Origin: Pseudomonadota bacterium
GTDB lineage: Bacteria > Bdellovibrionota_C > UBA2361 > OMII01
Length of the DNA: 64,000 nucleotides
Direction of reading: 5' to 3'
NCBI GenBank assembly: GCA_039799965.1
Contig: JBDLRS010000011.1
Span: 1,234 to 65,233, forward strand
Part shown: positions 1 through 9,712 of the stretch, piece after piece
Layout of the letters: each line of letters begins with the position of its first letter
Numbering within the stretch: the first letter of the stretch is position 1
The notes under the pieces: generated by a model
What the model saw: only the letters and a program-made list of their open reading frames with translations
Told to the model about the DNA's origin: nothing
The model's database searches: none
Position numbers and translations under genes: made by a program

Positions 1-1
1 T

Positions 2-637
2 GGCGTTGAGCTTCCGACCGGGGACGCACACTACCTTGGTGAGGAGAGCGCCCCTGGACATCACGGTGAGGAAGATGATTCTCACGGTGGTGAGGAGGGA
101 GACTCTCACGGGGATTCCCACCAGGAGATGGGGCACCACTCCTTCACCCAGAAGCACAACGGAACGGTACACGGTCCTCAATCCGCGAACGCGATTCATG
201 GTCACGATATTACCCTTGGATCCGGTTCGTGGGACTTTCCCCTTGGAGCGGGTCTCTACACCCAATGGAAGGGCTTCATCTGGCAGACCGACGCTCAGTA
301 TACGATCCGCACCGAAGGAGCGTTTGATTATACCTTTGCCAATGACTGGGCGTGGGCAACCGCAGTTGGTCACTACCTCTACCTTGAGGATGACGCGCAG
401 GTATCGCTTCGAGCCCGTTTGTCGGGGCAGTACAAGGGATACGATACCGGAAGTGGAGGAGTTCGATACAACGATACCGCGTTCAACGGTACCTTTATTG
501 GCCCTGAGCTTACAGCGATCGCAACCAATACGTGGCTGGGCGTTCTTGGATACGACCTGCCGATCGAGGTGCACAACTCGGATACGCAGATTACCCCAAG
601 CTGGCGCATTCGAGCAGCTCTAACCTATCGGTTTTAG
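2..637 (+). CDS. outer-membrane beta-barrel protein, C-terminal fragment (5' end lies outside the window)
   Basis: The track lists 128..637, but the same frame is open back to the window edge (hand translation from position 2: GVELPTGDAHYLGEESAPGHHGEEDDSHGG...). The segment is rich in His/Asp/Glu. The C-terminus ...IRAALTYRF has alternating hydrophobics and a terminal Phe, typical of OMP beta-barrels. Confidence 0.4.
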   Translation, partial: GVELPTGDAHYLGEESAPGHHGEEDDSHGGEEGDSHGDSHQEMGHHSFTQKHNGTVHGPQSANAIHGHDITLGSGSWDFPLGAGLYTQWKGFIWQTDAQYTIRTEGAFDYTFANDWAWATAVGHYLYLEDDAQVSLRARLSGQYKGYDTGSGGVRYNDTAFNGTFIGPELTAIATNTWLGVLGYDLPIEVHNSDTQITPSWRIRAALTYRF

Positions 638-730
638 GGCAAAATCTTCCTCTCCCGGCTCTTGACGGAGCCGGGGGAAGCCGCAAGTATACGAAGGTAT
701 TCGTTTCAGCGGCGTACAGGGAGATAAGGA

Positions 731-2092
731 ATGTCAGAGCAGGTGCGAAAGCTGCCTCAGCAGGAAGCAGCTCAGGACGAGGCAACGGTGCGAGAGCTGC
801 CGATGAAAGATATTCGTTCCCTGATGGCGGAGATCCGTGAGCGGATCAAAGCTGACGTAGAGGGGAATCGCGACAAGAACCGCGAGCTCTGCCGCACCGC
901 TCCTAAGTTCGCAAAAGACGGCAACGTACGGGTAGGGGACCTTCAGCACTCGGAAGAGCTCCGGTACGTAAATCAGAACTACGCCTTTGATTCCCAACTT
1001 ACTCCAGCCGTCATCCCAAGCCACCGACGCGGCCCCCTCGGTAAGCTCGTCCCACTCTTCAAGCGAATCTCTCGCAAGGTTATTCGTAAACTCTTTCTCG
1101 CTGATTACCTGAACGCTGAGCGTTCGTTCTCTGAGCACCTCGTTCGACACCTGAATGAGATCGGTCGATATATCGACGCTCGAGACAACGACGTCATGCG
1201 AAAGATCGATCGCATCGACGATGAGAAGAGCGCCGCCATCCTGGCCTTGCAGCAGGATATGCAGTCTCTGATGAGGGATCGTATAGGCGCCCTCGATGGG
1301 ATGATTCGAGGCTTAGAGGGGATCGTAAACAACTTCCCTCGGTATACCGATCCAAATCCTCCACGGGTTCAAGAGAGCGCGGACTCCCTCGCGGTTCCCG
1401 ATCCATCATATCTTCTCCTTGAGAATCGGTATCGGGGAGGGGAGGCTGAGATCGAGCGAAGGCTTTCTATCTATCCTGAGCTATTCAAAACAGCTCCCGC
1501 TCCTGTGCTTGAGATGGGCTCCGGTCGGGGAGAACTTCAACGCCTCTTCAAGAAAGCTGGGGTTCCATCGTACGGTGTCGATCTCGATACGGTGATGGTC
1601 AACGTCGCGAACGCTGCCGGGTGCGACACGAAATTCGGAGATTGCATCGCGCATCTCCGCTCCCTTCCCGACGGGTCGCTCGGTGGGCTTATCGCGATTC
1701 AGGTCGTTGAGCATCTGACCCGCTCGCAGCTCATGGAGTTGTGTGAGCTCTCCAAGCGCAAGTTGAAGCCGGGGTCAAAGATCGTCTTCGAAACGATCAA
1801 TCCCCAATCGCTCCTCGCGCTCTCCTCCAATTACTTCCGAGATCCAACCCATATCTGGCCGATGCATCCGGACACCCTTGGATACACAGCGACGCTGGCT
1901 GGTTTGAAGATCATTGAGACCCGCTACCTCTCGCCGGTTGCCCCAAATCATCTCCTGAAAGAGATCCCGGTCGATCCGAATCATCCACCAACGGTGGTTG
2001 ATACGGTTAACCGCATTAACCAGAACATCGAGCAGTTGAATCGCTTGATCTACGGCTTCCAGGACTACGCCTTGATCCTTGAGGTAGTGTAA
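731..2092 (+). CDS. class I SAM-dependent methyltransferase with N-terminal coiled-coil region
   Basis: 453 aa. The C-terminal half carries a SAM-binding motif (LEMGSGRGEL...GVDLD...IAIQVVEHL). The N-terminal ~230 aa is charged and heptad-like. It sits directly upstream of two glycosyltransferase genes. Confidence 0.55.
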   Translation: MSEQVRKLPQQEAAQDEATVRELPMKDIRSLMAEIRERIKADVEGNRDKNRELCRTAPKFAKDGNVRVGDLQHSEELRYVNQNYAFDSQLTPAVIPSHRRGPLGKLVPLFKRISRKVIRKLFLADYLNAERSFSEHLVRHLNEIGRYIDARDNDVMRKIDRIDDEKSAAILALQQDMQSLMRDRIGALDGMIRGLEGIVNNFPRYTDPNPPRVQESADSLAVPDPSYLLLENRYRGGEAEIERRLSIYPELFKTAPAPVLEMGSGRGELQRLFKKAGVPSYGVDLDTVMVNVANAAGCDTKFGDCIAHLRSLPDGSLGGLIAIQVVEHLTRSQLMELCELSKRKLKPGSKIVFETINPQSLLALSSNYFRDPTHIWPMHPDTLGYTATLAGLKIIETRYLSPVAPNHLLKEIPVDPNHPPTVVDTVNRINQNIEQLNRLIYGFQDYALILEVV

Positions 2093-2094
2093 CG

Positions 2095-3195
2095 ATGGCG
2101 CGTATTCTCGTCCTTGGAGCTAAGGTTCCCTTTACGCACGGCGGGCAAGAGATCCTCGTCGCTACTTTGATTAAGCACCTCAAAGCGCGAGGGCACGAAG
2201 CGGATGTGATCGAACTTCCATTTAATCCACTTCCGAAGCAGAACCTGCTGATGCAGGCGGCGATCTGGCGCTCCTTGGATCTCGCTGAGTTCGCGGGTGG
2301 CAAGGTTGATCTCATTATCGCGACGAAGTTCCCCACCTACTTTGCGCGTCATCCGAAGAAGAGCGTGTGGCTCGTACACCAGCTCCGCTCATTCTACGAC
2401 CTTCACGGAGGGCAATACTCCGATATGGGTGATGATCCGCGAGACGAGGTGCTGCGCCGAATGATAACCGACGGTGACGCGATCACGCTCGGTGAGTGTT
2501 CGTACCGCTCCGCAATCTCCAAGAACGTAGCGGAACGATTGCAGTCCTATAACGGCTTATCCTCAACCGTACTCTACCCGCCACTTCCGCTTGGAGACCG
2601 ATATCAGAACCGCGGTGCGAAGCCGTACGTTCTCTCTGTGGGACGGCTCTGTCGTATTAAGCGGCTCGACCTGATGCTGAACGCAATGAAGCATATCTCT
2701 CCTGAGGTAACGCTGAAGGTGGTCGGAACCGCCGATGAGCCAGGGGTAATGGAGTATTTCAAAAACATCATCAAGGCGCACGATATCGGCCATCGCGTGC
2801 AGCTCTTAGGACGAGTAAGCGATGAGGCGCTCGTTGCTCTCTACGCCGAGGCGATGGGTGTGTTCTACGCGCCGTTCGATGAGGATTACGGATATGTCAC
2901 CCTTGAGGCGATGGCGAGCGGGCGACCCGTCGTGACCGCCACCGATAGCGGTGGAACGCTAGAGTTTGTGAAGGATCGTGAAAATGGGCGAGTGGCGACA
3001 CCCGATGCCATCGCTATGGCGGAGGCTTTCAACGAACTCGCCCGAGACCCGGAGGCCGCGAAGCGCATGGGAGCGAACGGGAGAGCGTTCATCGAGAGCT
3101 CAGGGATGTTGTCGCAGGGTTGGGACACCTTGATTAACGCGCTTCTCTCTCCACTCACGCACGGGGACGGTTCACAGGCGAGCAAGGCTGCGTGA
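2095..3195 (+). CDS. glycosyltransferase family 4 (GT-B, retaining type)
   Basis: 366 aa. Carries the GT4 C-terminal signature EDYGYVTLEAMASGRPVV (E-x7-E). It starts 3 nt after the upstream methyltransferase gene. Confidence 0.75.
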   Translation: MARILVLGAKVPFTHGGQEILVATLIKHLKARGHEADVIELPFNPLPKQNLLMQAAIWRSLDLAEFAGGKVDLIIATKFPTYFARHPKKSVWLVHQLRSFYDLHGGQYSDMGDDPRDEVLRRMITDGDAITLGECSYRSAISKNVAERLQSYNGLSSTVLYPPLPLGDRYQNRGAKPYVLSVGRLCRIKRLDLMLNAMKHISPEVTLKVVGTADEPGVMEYFKNIIKAHDIGHRVQLLGRVSDEALVALYAEAMGVFYAPFDEDYGYVTLEAMASGRPVVTATDSGGTLEFVKDRENGRVATPDAIAMAEAFNELARDPEAAKRMGANGRAFIESSGMLSQGWDTLINALLSPLTHGDGSQASKAA

Positions 3196-4514
3196 TGGCT
3201 GACACCAAGCTTCGCATCGCGTGGGTTACCCATCTCGCTCGGTCGAATGAGCCGGTTGCCTCGATATCGCAGTACTGCTCGGATCTGCTCCTTCCTCAGA
3301 TGAAGGATGAGTTCGAGATCGAGGTGTTCTCGGGGCTGCCGTTTGGAAGCCACCTCGGCCTGCCACGGTACAACACCCTAAACGTGTATCAACGTCACCG
3401 CGCGAAACCCTTCGATATCTTCTTCTATCAAGTCGAGGATGGACCTCTTGGAAGGATCGTTCGAACACAGGTCGGAATGATGCCGGGAATATCGTGGATG
3501 CACGACACATTTCTTTCAGACCCCGGCGCGGAGGGTATTCATACCAGTCCGTGGGAGCGGTCCGTTCAGCAGATGCTCGACCTCTCTCTGCCATTCCTTG
3601 AGCGAGGCGATCTTCCCCTTCAGCCACAGCCGCAAGGGTATCGAGAAACCTCGATCTCACCGATCGTACTCTATAACTCTACATGGGCTGAAGGTACCCT
3701 TCGCCGATTCCTCTCGGGGCGATACGAGTACGCGCCGTGTGGTCACCGTTCGGACACACTGCCGGTGCCGGTGACCGTGATCGAGGACGCCCGCTCTGCA
3801 GATACGATGAGGCCTTTTGAGATCGTCGCGGTGAGCTCAACCGGTCTGGAGGGCCGAGCCCATAAGTTCCTTCCCGCTCTCGCGGATTGTTCGCATTCCG
3901 TTCATCTCACCTGGGTCATCGAACCATCGGAGCGAGCAGATGCGGAGCGGATGATCGGTGAATTCGGTGTGCGCGATCGTGTGACCCTTAGTGAGGGCAA
4001 TGCGCCGGATCGATGGCGATCCCTCGTTGCGAAGAGCGATCTCGCGCTTCATCTCTCCTCGAATCCTCATACCCGTCTAAGCCCCTATCTGGAGCTCTCA
4101 ATGGCGGCCGGTGTCGCGACCGTTGTGATGCGTGTCGGGCGAGGGGAGACGATCTCAGACGATGTCGCGTTCGTAATTGAGCCAGGGCTCCACGAGACCT
4201 CGCAGCTTGTCGGACTTTTTGAGGCGGTGCGTCAGGGGGATAGTCGTCTGTTCGGACGCGCGGGGCAGGCTCTCGTTAAAGATAGCAACGATCCTGCGCG
4301 AATCGCTGCGCGACTCTCCTCGATGTTTCGGGAGAGCGCTCCGCTGCTTGCTGATGTTATGCGCGCATGGCAAAGGCTTTACTCACGCGCTGAGGAGGCG
4401 CTTCTTGAGGAGATTCGAGAGCTCGTGGACGCGCCGACGGGTGGAATGCCGGGGGCCTATGAGATGATTGTTAGGCCGTTCGTTGAGGAGATGCGGCGCG
4501 GGGTGAAAGGCTAG
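3192..4514 (+). CDS. divergent GT4-like glycosyltransferase (degenerate E-x7-E motif)
   Basis: 440 aa. Its start overlaps the stop of the upstream GT4 (ATGA). The N-terminus LRIAWVTHLARSNEP resembles a GT4 N-domain. The C-terminal SPYLELSMAAGVATVV retains only the second Glu of the motif. Confidence 0.4.
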   Translation: MMADTKLRIAWVTHLARSNEPVASISQYCSDLLLPQMKDEFEIEVFSGLPFGSHLGLPRYNTLNVYQRHRAKPFDIFFYQVEDGPLGRIVRTQVGMMPGISWMHDTFLSDPGAEGIHTSPWERSVQQMLDLSLPFLERGDLPLQPQPQGYRETSISPIVLYNSTWAEGTLRRFLSGRYEYAPCGHRSDTLPVPVTVIEDARSADTMRPFEIVAVSSTGLEGRAHKFLPALADCSHSVHLTWVIEPSERADAERMIGEFGVRDRVTLSEGNAPDRWRSLVAKSDLALHLSSNPHTRLSPYLELSMAAGVATVVMRVGRGETISDDVAFVIEPGLHETSQLVGLFEAVRQGDSRLFGRAGQALVKDSNDPARIAARLSSMFRESAPLLADVMRAWQRLYSRAEEALLEEIRELVDAPTGGMPGAYEMIVRPFVEEMRRGVKG

Positions 4515-4597
4515 AAAGCGCCATAGTTCTCTGTTAAAAGCGGAATCCACGGGGCCTTTTTGTTGCAAAACCCCGATCCATCAATTACATTCCTGAC

Positions 4598-5782
4598 ATG
4601 ATGAACCCCCGAATAGCCTCCATGCGCACCTACACCGCGGCGCGAAAAATGCAGCTATTCGCGTCGCTTGGACGCCCGATCGTCGCTGACCTCACCATCG
4701 GAGAACCACAACATGAGCCTGATCCGAAGGTTATTGAGATATTAAATTCATACGCGTATGAGTCAGTGAGTCGATACCCGAAAACCAAGCAAGAGGCGTA
4801 TCTGACCGAGGCGATCATCGCAGCTAATCTTCACTCTAAGAAGCTTAAGGGAACCATCCACGATACGCAGGTTTTGGCGGGGCTCGGAAGTGGTGAGTTG
4901 TTGTACTCCTTTGCCACCGCGGGCCTTGATCCGGCGAAACCCTACGTCCTGATTCCGAATCCAGCGTATCAGGTGTATTCCTCAGCGACCCAGCTCGCTG
5001 GTGGTATTCCGTACTACTTCAATCTGACCAAGGAGAATAATTTCCAACCCGACCTGGCTCGCATTCCCCGCGCGATCCTTGAGCGAACGAGTTTGTGCTA
5101 TCTGAACAGCCCCAACAATCCGTGCGCCGTCTCATACACCGAGGAAACTCTGCGGGGGATCGTGCTTCTCGCCCGTGAGCACGGATTCGCGGTCGCGTCC
5201 GATGAGTGCTACAGCGAGATTTATTTCGATCAAAAGCCTGTTAGTATGCTTGAGGTATGCGCAAACCTCGATGGCGACAACCTATTCAAGAATGTCGTCG
5301 CCTTCGACACCCTCTCGAAGCGAAGCAGTCTTCCAGGACTTCGCTCCGGCTCGATAGTCGGTGACGCTGAACTTGTTTCGAACTATCTTAAGATACGATT
5401 GAGTGAGCGCAAGGTGCTCCCGAATAACGTGCAACGAGCGTCGGCCTACGCATGGACGAACTACGAGGACGTCGCAAGAAGTCGAGAGCTCTATCGACAA
5501 AAATTCGAGATCGTTCGTAGCGCGTTTGAGAGCATCAATCGCCCCATCACCTTGCCTGATGGCTCCTTCTATTGTTGGCTCGACATCTCGTCGCTCAATC
5601 AAAACGATGAGACCTTCGCGCTCGAACTCGCCAAGGAGACAGGGATCCTCACGTTCCCAGGAAGTTACTTCTCGGTCGTTAGCGACGGTGTTAATCCCGG
5701 AGCCGGATTTATTCGCATCGCGCTCATCGATACCGTTGAAGCGACCAAGACAACCATTAAAACGTTAATGCAGTATATTTAA
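4598..5782 (+). CDS. dapC: class I/II aminotransferase, N-succinyldiaminopimelate aminotransferase (DapC)-like
   Basis: 394 aa PLP aminotransferase fold (LSKRSSLPGLRSG is the Lys-containing region). It lies immediately upstream of dapD and dapE on the same strand. Confidence 0.6.
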   Translation: MMNPRIASMRTYTAARKMQLFASLGRPIVADLTIGEPQHEPDPKVIEILNSYAYESVSRYPKTKQEAYLTEAIIAANLHSKKLKGTIHDTQVLAGLGSGELLYSFATAGLDPAKPYVLIPNPAYQVYSSATQLAGGIPYYFNLTKENNFQPDLARIPRAILERTSLCYLNSPNNPCAVSYTEETLRGIVLLAREHGFAVASDECYSEIYFDQKPVSMLEVCANLDGDNLFKNVVAFDTLSKRSSLPGLRSGSIVGDAELVSNYLKIRLSERKVLPNNVQRASAYAWTNYEDVARSRELYRQKFEIVRSAFESINRPITLPDGSFYCWLDISSLNQNDETFALELAKETGILTFPGSYFSVVSDGVNPGAGFIRIALIDTVEATKTTIKTLMQYI

Positions 5783-5799
5783 AACTACAGGTAGTAACT

Positions 5800-6984
5800 A
5801 TGTCAGAAGAGTGGGCGCGCGCCCAATTCGCGGAAAATATTCAACGGATTACAACTCCAATCCCTAACGTCGGGCTGGTAAAGCTCTCCCTTGATGGAAA
5901 ATTGATTCGGGTTGTCGCTAACATTCCAGGACAGTCTGGCTCTCTCCGGGTTCTCTCGCACTTTCAAAAGAATGGTGAGCTCACGACGGAAGGGGTCGCG
6001 GGGTGTCTTGAAGTTTTTGCGCCACTCGTCGAGGAGGCTAAGGCGTCTCCCGGTGCTCACCCGAATATCGACCTTCTGTTGGGTCTCCGATCCGATCAGG
6101 CGTTGCGAGTCGAGATGGTACAAACCTCCTCCGATCTCTTCGCCAAGCTCGCTGATAGCTCCGCGAATCAAATTGAGAAGCAGGGCGCAGTGGATCTTCT
6201 CGATAAAGGTCTCGTTCGGTGTGCGGAAAAGCTCAGCAACTACACGGTCGGCGCTAACGGGGTAGAGCTTACGGGCGAAGGAACATGGGTAACGCAGAGC
6301 TACGCAGTCGCCTGCATGAATGCCGGATTCTCAGCGTTTCCGATGGTGAAGATGGGAGAGCACTTCTACGACAAGGTTCCTCTCAAGACAGAAGGATGGA
6401 GCGCCGAAGATTTTGAGAAAGCGGGCGTGCGATTAATTCCGGGATGCTTTGCTAGACGTGGCGCATACATCGGCGCCGGAACGACGATTATGCCCGGTGG
6501 GATCGTCAACATTGGCGCGTACGTTGAGGGCAGTGGTGTGATGATCGATGGTGGCGCGCGTGTCGCGACCGGCGCTCAGGTTGGTAAAGGGGTGAAGCTC
6601 GGCGCCGGCTCCGGAATCGAGGGGATCCTTGAACCAGCGGGACGCCTCCCGTCTATCATTGAAGACAACGTGCGTATCGGCGCAAATTGCGAGGTGTGCG
6701 GTATTGTGGAGGAGGGCGCCGTTGTCGCAAGCGGTGTCGTCATGGCATCCGGTAAAAAGATCTTCGATCTCCGCACCAACGCTGAGGTTGAGCCTCGGTA
6801 TATGGCGATCGGCGAAAAGTTCTACGAGATACCCGTTATCCCACGCAATAGAGTCGCCGTTTCGGGCGTGTACGCTAAGACCGAGCATCTCGGGATCGAC
6901 TGCATCGTGCTGTTAGACAAGGACGCATCGGATACCAGTTTGGCTCAGATGCCAAAGAACGCTTCGCTCTATGTGAAGCTGTAA
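5800..6984 (+). CDS. dapD: 2,3,4,5-tetrahydropyridine-2,6-dicarboxylate N-succinyltransferase (long form)
   Basis: 394 aa. The C-terminal left-handed beta-helix has hexapeptide repeats (GAYIGAGTTIMPGGIVNIGAYVEGSGVMIDGGARVATGAQVGKGVKLGAGSGIEG). It sits between dapC-like and dapE. Confidence 0.7.
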   Translation: MSEEWARAQFAENIQRITTPIPNVGLVKLSLDGKLIRVVANIPGQSGSLRVLSHFQKNGELTTEGVAGCLEVFAPLVEEAKASPGAHPNIDLLLGLRSDQALRVEMVQTSSDLFAKLADSSANQIEKQGAVDLLDKGLVRCAEKLSNYTVGANGVELTGEGTWVTQSYAVACMNAGFSAFPMVKMGEHFYDKVPLKTEGWSAEDFEKAGVRLIPGCFARRGAYIGAGTTIMPGGIVNIGAYVEGSGVMIDGGARVATGAQVGKGVKLGAGSGIEGILEPAGRLPSIIEDNVRIGANCEVCGIVEEGAVVASGVVMASGKKIFDLRTNAEVEPRYMAIGEKFYEIPVIPRNRVAVSGVYAKTEHLGIDCIVLLDKDASDTSLAQMPKNASLYVKL

Positions 6985-6999
6985 TCGGGATTATTACTG

Positions 7000-8145
7000 A
7001 TGAAGATTGAGAGCTCGGTGCAACTTACTCGGATGCTGCTCCAGGAGAACACCTGCACAGGTTCGTTCGACTCCCAGCTGTCGCTCCAAATCGCCGGCTG
7101 GCTTGAGTCGATGGGATTCGATGTGGAGTTGGTTGAGGTCGATGGGATCGTTCATCTCTGTGGCTCAATCGGCCCCAAAGATGCGCCAACGCGACTTGCG
7201 TTTGTCGGACACTACGATACGGTGGGCGCTGGAGAGGGATGGACGCATCCTCCCTTTGGCGCGGCTGAGGACAACGGAATCCTCTATGGTCGTGGCGCCA
7301 GCGATATGAAGAGTGGCGACGCCGCTATGATATTCGCGGCGGTAAAGCTCGCTACGCTCGGCGTTCGCTCCACCGTATTCCTACCAGGCGATGAGGAGAC
7401 AACCTCCCGTGGTATGCCGGCGTTGCTCGGACGAGTGGGAAGCGAATTCGATTACTGTATCTGTGGTGAGCCAACCTCAAAGAAGAGGCTCGGTGACTGC
7501 GTGAAGGTTGGCCGTCGGGGCGCTATCGGCGCACAGGTATCGCTCAAAGGGCAACGGGGACACACGGCGTATGCTGATATCACGCCAAACGTGGCCCATG
7601 CGCTGCCAGCGGTGATAACGGAGCTTGCGAAGCCATGGAACGATGCGTGCTACGGTATCGCTACAACGCTCTCCATTACAACTCTTTCCACCGACAGCAC
7701 CGCGTTGAACGTGATACCCGGTGTTGTCTCGTTCAAGTTTGATATGCGGTTCGCTCCTAATCGCTCAATTGAGGAGATGCAACGTGCGATTCTCGCGCGT
7801 CTCGACGCGCTTGGTGTGGCCTATGAAGTGGAGTGGCGGCAGGGGACCCCTCCGTATGTCACCGGCGTTGGCGCTGAGCCGACCTCTCCTCAAGGTAAGC
7901 TCATATCCATAACTCAATCCGTCATCGAGGAGATGCTTGGCATGACCCCTGCGCTCACCTGTGACGGCGGTACCAGCGATGCCCGTTTCTTGGCGTGGCG
8001 AGGTGTTCCGACGATAGAGTTCGGAGTGCCGCACGGGAATATGCACGGCTCCGACGAGTTCGTTGAAGTGAGGAACATCGAGCTGCTTGAGCAGGTGTTG
8101 GTGGAAATAGGGAAGAGGTTGCTAAAGACAAAGTCACAGCTCTAA
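7000..8145 (+). CDS. dapE: succinyl-diaminopimelate desuccinylase (M20 peptidase)
   Basis: 381 aa with M20 metal-binding motifs: GHYDTVGAGEGWTHPPF, GRGASDMKSG, LPGDEE. Confidence 0.8.
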   Translation: MKIESSVQLTRMLLQENTCTGSFDSQLSLQIAGWLESMGFDVELVEVDGIVHLCGSIGPKDAPTRLAFVGHYDTVGAGEGWTHPPFGAAEDNGILYGRGASDMKSGDAAMIFAAVKLATLGVRSTVFLPGDEETTSRGMPALLGRVGSEFDYCICGEPTSKKRLGDCVKVGRRGAIGAQVSLKGQRGHTAYADITPNVAHALPAVITELAKPWNDACYGIATTLSITTLSTDSTALNVIPGVVSFKFDMRFAPNRSIEEMQRAILARLDALGVAYEVEWRQGTPPYVTGVGAEPTSPQGKLISITQSVIEEMLGMTPALTCDGGTSDARFLAWRGVPTIEFGVPHGNMHGSDEFVEVRNIELLEQVLVEIGKRLLKTKSQL

Positions 8146-8174
8146 CCGATGTGTGAGCCCAGCTAGGGAGGGAG

Positions 8175-8194
8175 GGCGACCGTCCTCGGTCGCC
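8175..8194. terminator. GC-rich hairpin (GGCGACCG-TCCT-CGGTCGCC), REP-like, 30 nt after dapE stop
   Basis: 8-bp perfect stem with a 4-nt loop, read directly. No T-tract follows. The same motif recurs at 40663 and, inverted, at 56607. Confidence 0.4.
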
Positions 8195-8349
8195 GTGATC
8201 GTAACGCGCAGCTGATGTCTTTGTTGCGATATTGTGGCGAGCGAGGACCCAACTTTGCCACGCTACGGCGTGCGACCTGGTAGCTCTCCGGATGTGCGAT
8301 CCCTGAGAGGGTAAACTGAAGATCTAAGTCTCATGTGTTGTTTTTTGCC

Positions 8350-9699
8350 CTATAACGACCGCAAAAACGTGATCAGTGCCCCCCGTTCTACCGCCGCACT
8401 CTCCTTGAACCTCGACTGCGCGCCACTCGCTTCTCCCCCATGCCACAGGATCGCCTCTTCCAAACTTCGCGCTCGTCCATCGTGAAGGTATGTTGCGGCT
8501 CTTCCGTTGAGCACTTGTTCGGTGAGACCGATTCCCCAGAGCGGCGTAGTTCTCCATTCCGACCCGGTCGCCGTAAAATCTGGTCGGTGATCGGCTAGTC
8601 CCTCTCCCATGTCGTGAAGGAGAAGGTCTGTGAAGGGATGGATGGTTTGTTGCGAGAGTGCGGGGTGGCTACCGCTGCCCGTTGTGAGCGTCGGCGTATG
8701 ACACGAGTGACACCCGAACTGTGAAAACAGTGTGCGACCACGCATGACCGTCGGGTCGTTTTGGTCGCGCGCCATCGGTACTCCGAGGGTCGCGGAGTAA
8801 AATGTGGTCGCGTCGAGGATTGCGGCGGATATATCGGGAGCTTTGGAGCCCCTCTTGAACAGGGGATTTGTAATTCCCATATCGGTCGCGTAGGCCGCGG
8901 CGACTTGTTGTCGCAGGGTGGGTGAGGAAGCTTTGAACCCGAAGCGTCCGATGGTCATTGATCTAGTTTGTAGGTTCCAAACCACATTCGCTCGTCCTGA
9001 GATCCCATCACCGTTCGTGTCTGCAGGGTCCGCTCTACTCAGGATCTCCGTGTCGGATACCGCGTCGAGGAGCCCGGAGCCAAAGACAGGTGGTGCTCGT
9101 CGAAGTGAGGTGAGTGTACCACGAGGGATAACGGGTTGAGGTTTTGTGAGCTTCACCGTTGGAGCGCGAAGGGTGTAAGGCGTGCCATCATTGTAGGCCT
9201 CGGCCTCGTTTCTCCATAGCAATCGAACGACCGCTTCTGGGTGATGTGGCGCTACTCCGTGATCCCGAATCTGGAGGCCGATGCCAGGGACCGGTATCGG
9301 ACCCCCATGTGGTGAGGCTTTCCCTCTTGGAAGGCTCACCTTCACCACGGTGTCGCTCCCGATGGCACGGCGAGTAACCCGTAACGCTCCTCGTCCGTTA
9401 CCTCCGTGACAGCTCACGCACGATGGCGCGTTGAAGGTTGGACCGAGGCGTAGCGCTCCGCGGATCTTTACGCGACCGAAGTTCCTTAAAAATCCGGTTT
9501 GTCCCACCTCGTGAAGGGCAACTGCGGCAGCGTCGTTGAGGTTGGGCGCAATACGATCATAAGCCCTCGGCGAAGAGTCACTGACGGTAGTGTCGCCTCC
9601 TTGCATCGTTACATCGTCATCGAGCGCGAAAGAAGCCGGAGCCGCATATGCCAAAAGCGCCACAATGAGCGCAGAGCGCGCGGGATGTATCGGCCTCAT
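8350..9699 (-). CDS. secreted di-heme cytochrome c peroxidase-like protein (two CXXCH; DUF1111-type)
   Basis: 449 aa. Has a signal peptide MRPIHPARSALIVALLAYAAPASFA. The two heme-binding motifs are CVSCH and CHSCH. Confidence 0.6.
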   Translation of the reverse strand: MRPIHPARSALIVALLAYAAPASFALDDDVTMQGGDTTVSDSSPRAYDRIAPNLNDAAAVALHEVGQTGFLRNFGRVKIRGALRLGPTFNAPSCVSCHGGNGRGALRVTRRAIGSDTVVKVSLPRGKASPHGGPIPVPGIGLQIRDHGVAPHHPEAVVRLLWRNEAEAYNDGTPYTLRAPTVKLTKPQPVIPRGTLTSLRRAPPVFGSGLLDAVSDTEILSRADPADTNGDGISGRANVVWNLQTRSMTIGRFGFKASSPTLRQQVAAAYATDMGITNPLFKRGSKAPDISAAILDATTFYSATLGVPMARDQNDPTVMRGRTLFSQFGCHSCHTPTLTTGSGSHPALSQQTIHPFTDLLLHDMGEGLADHRPDFTATGSEWRTTPLWGIGLTEQVLNGRAATYLHDGRARSLEEAILWHGGEASGAQSRFKESAAVERGALITFLRSL

Positions 9700-9712
9700 A
9701 GCATCCTCCGTC

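Noticed and set aside
6-623. 205-aa frame-0 ORF at the left edge
   Set aside because: It is Arg/Thr/Pro-rich and looks like a GC-rich shadow ORF. The overlapping frame (2..637) ends in a canonical OMP C-terminus and is open to the window edge.
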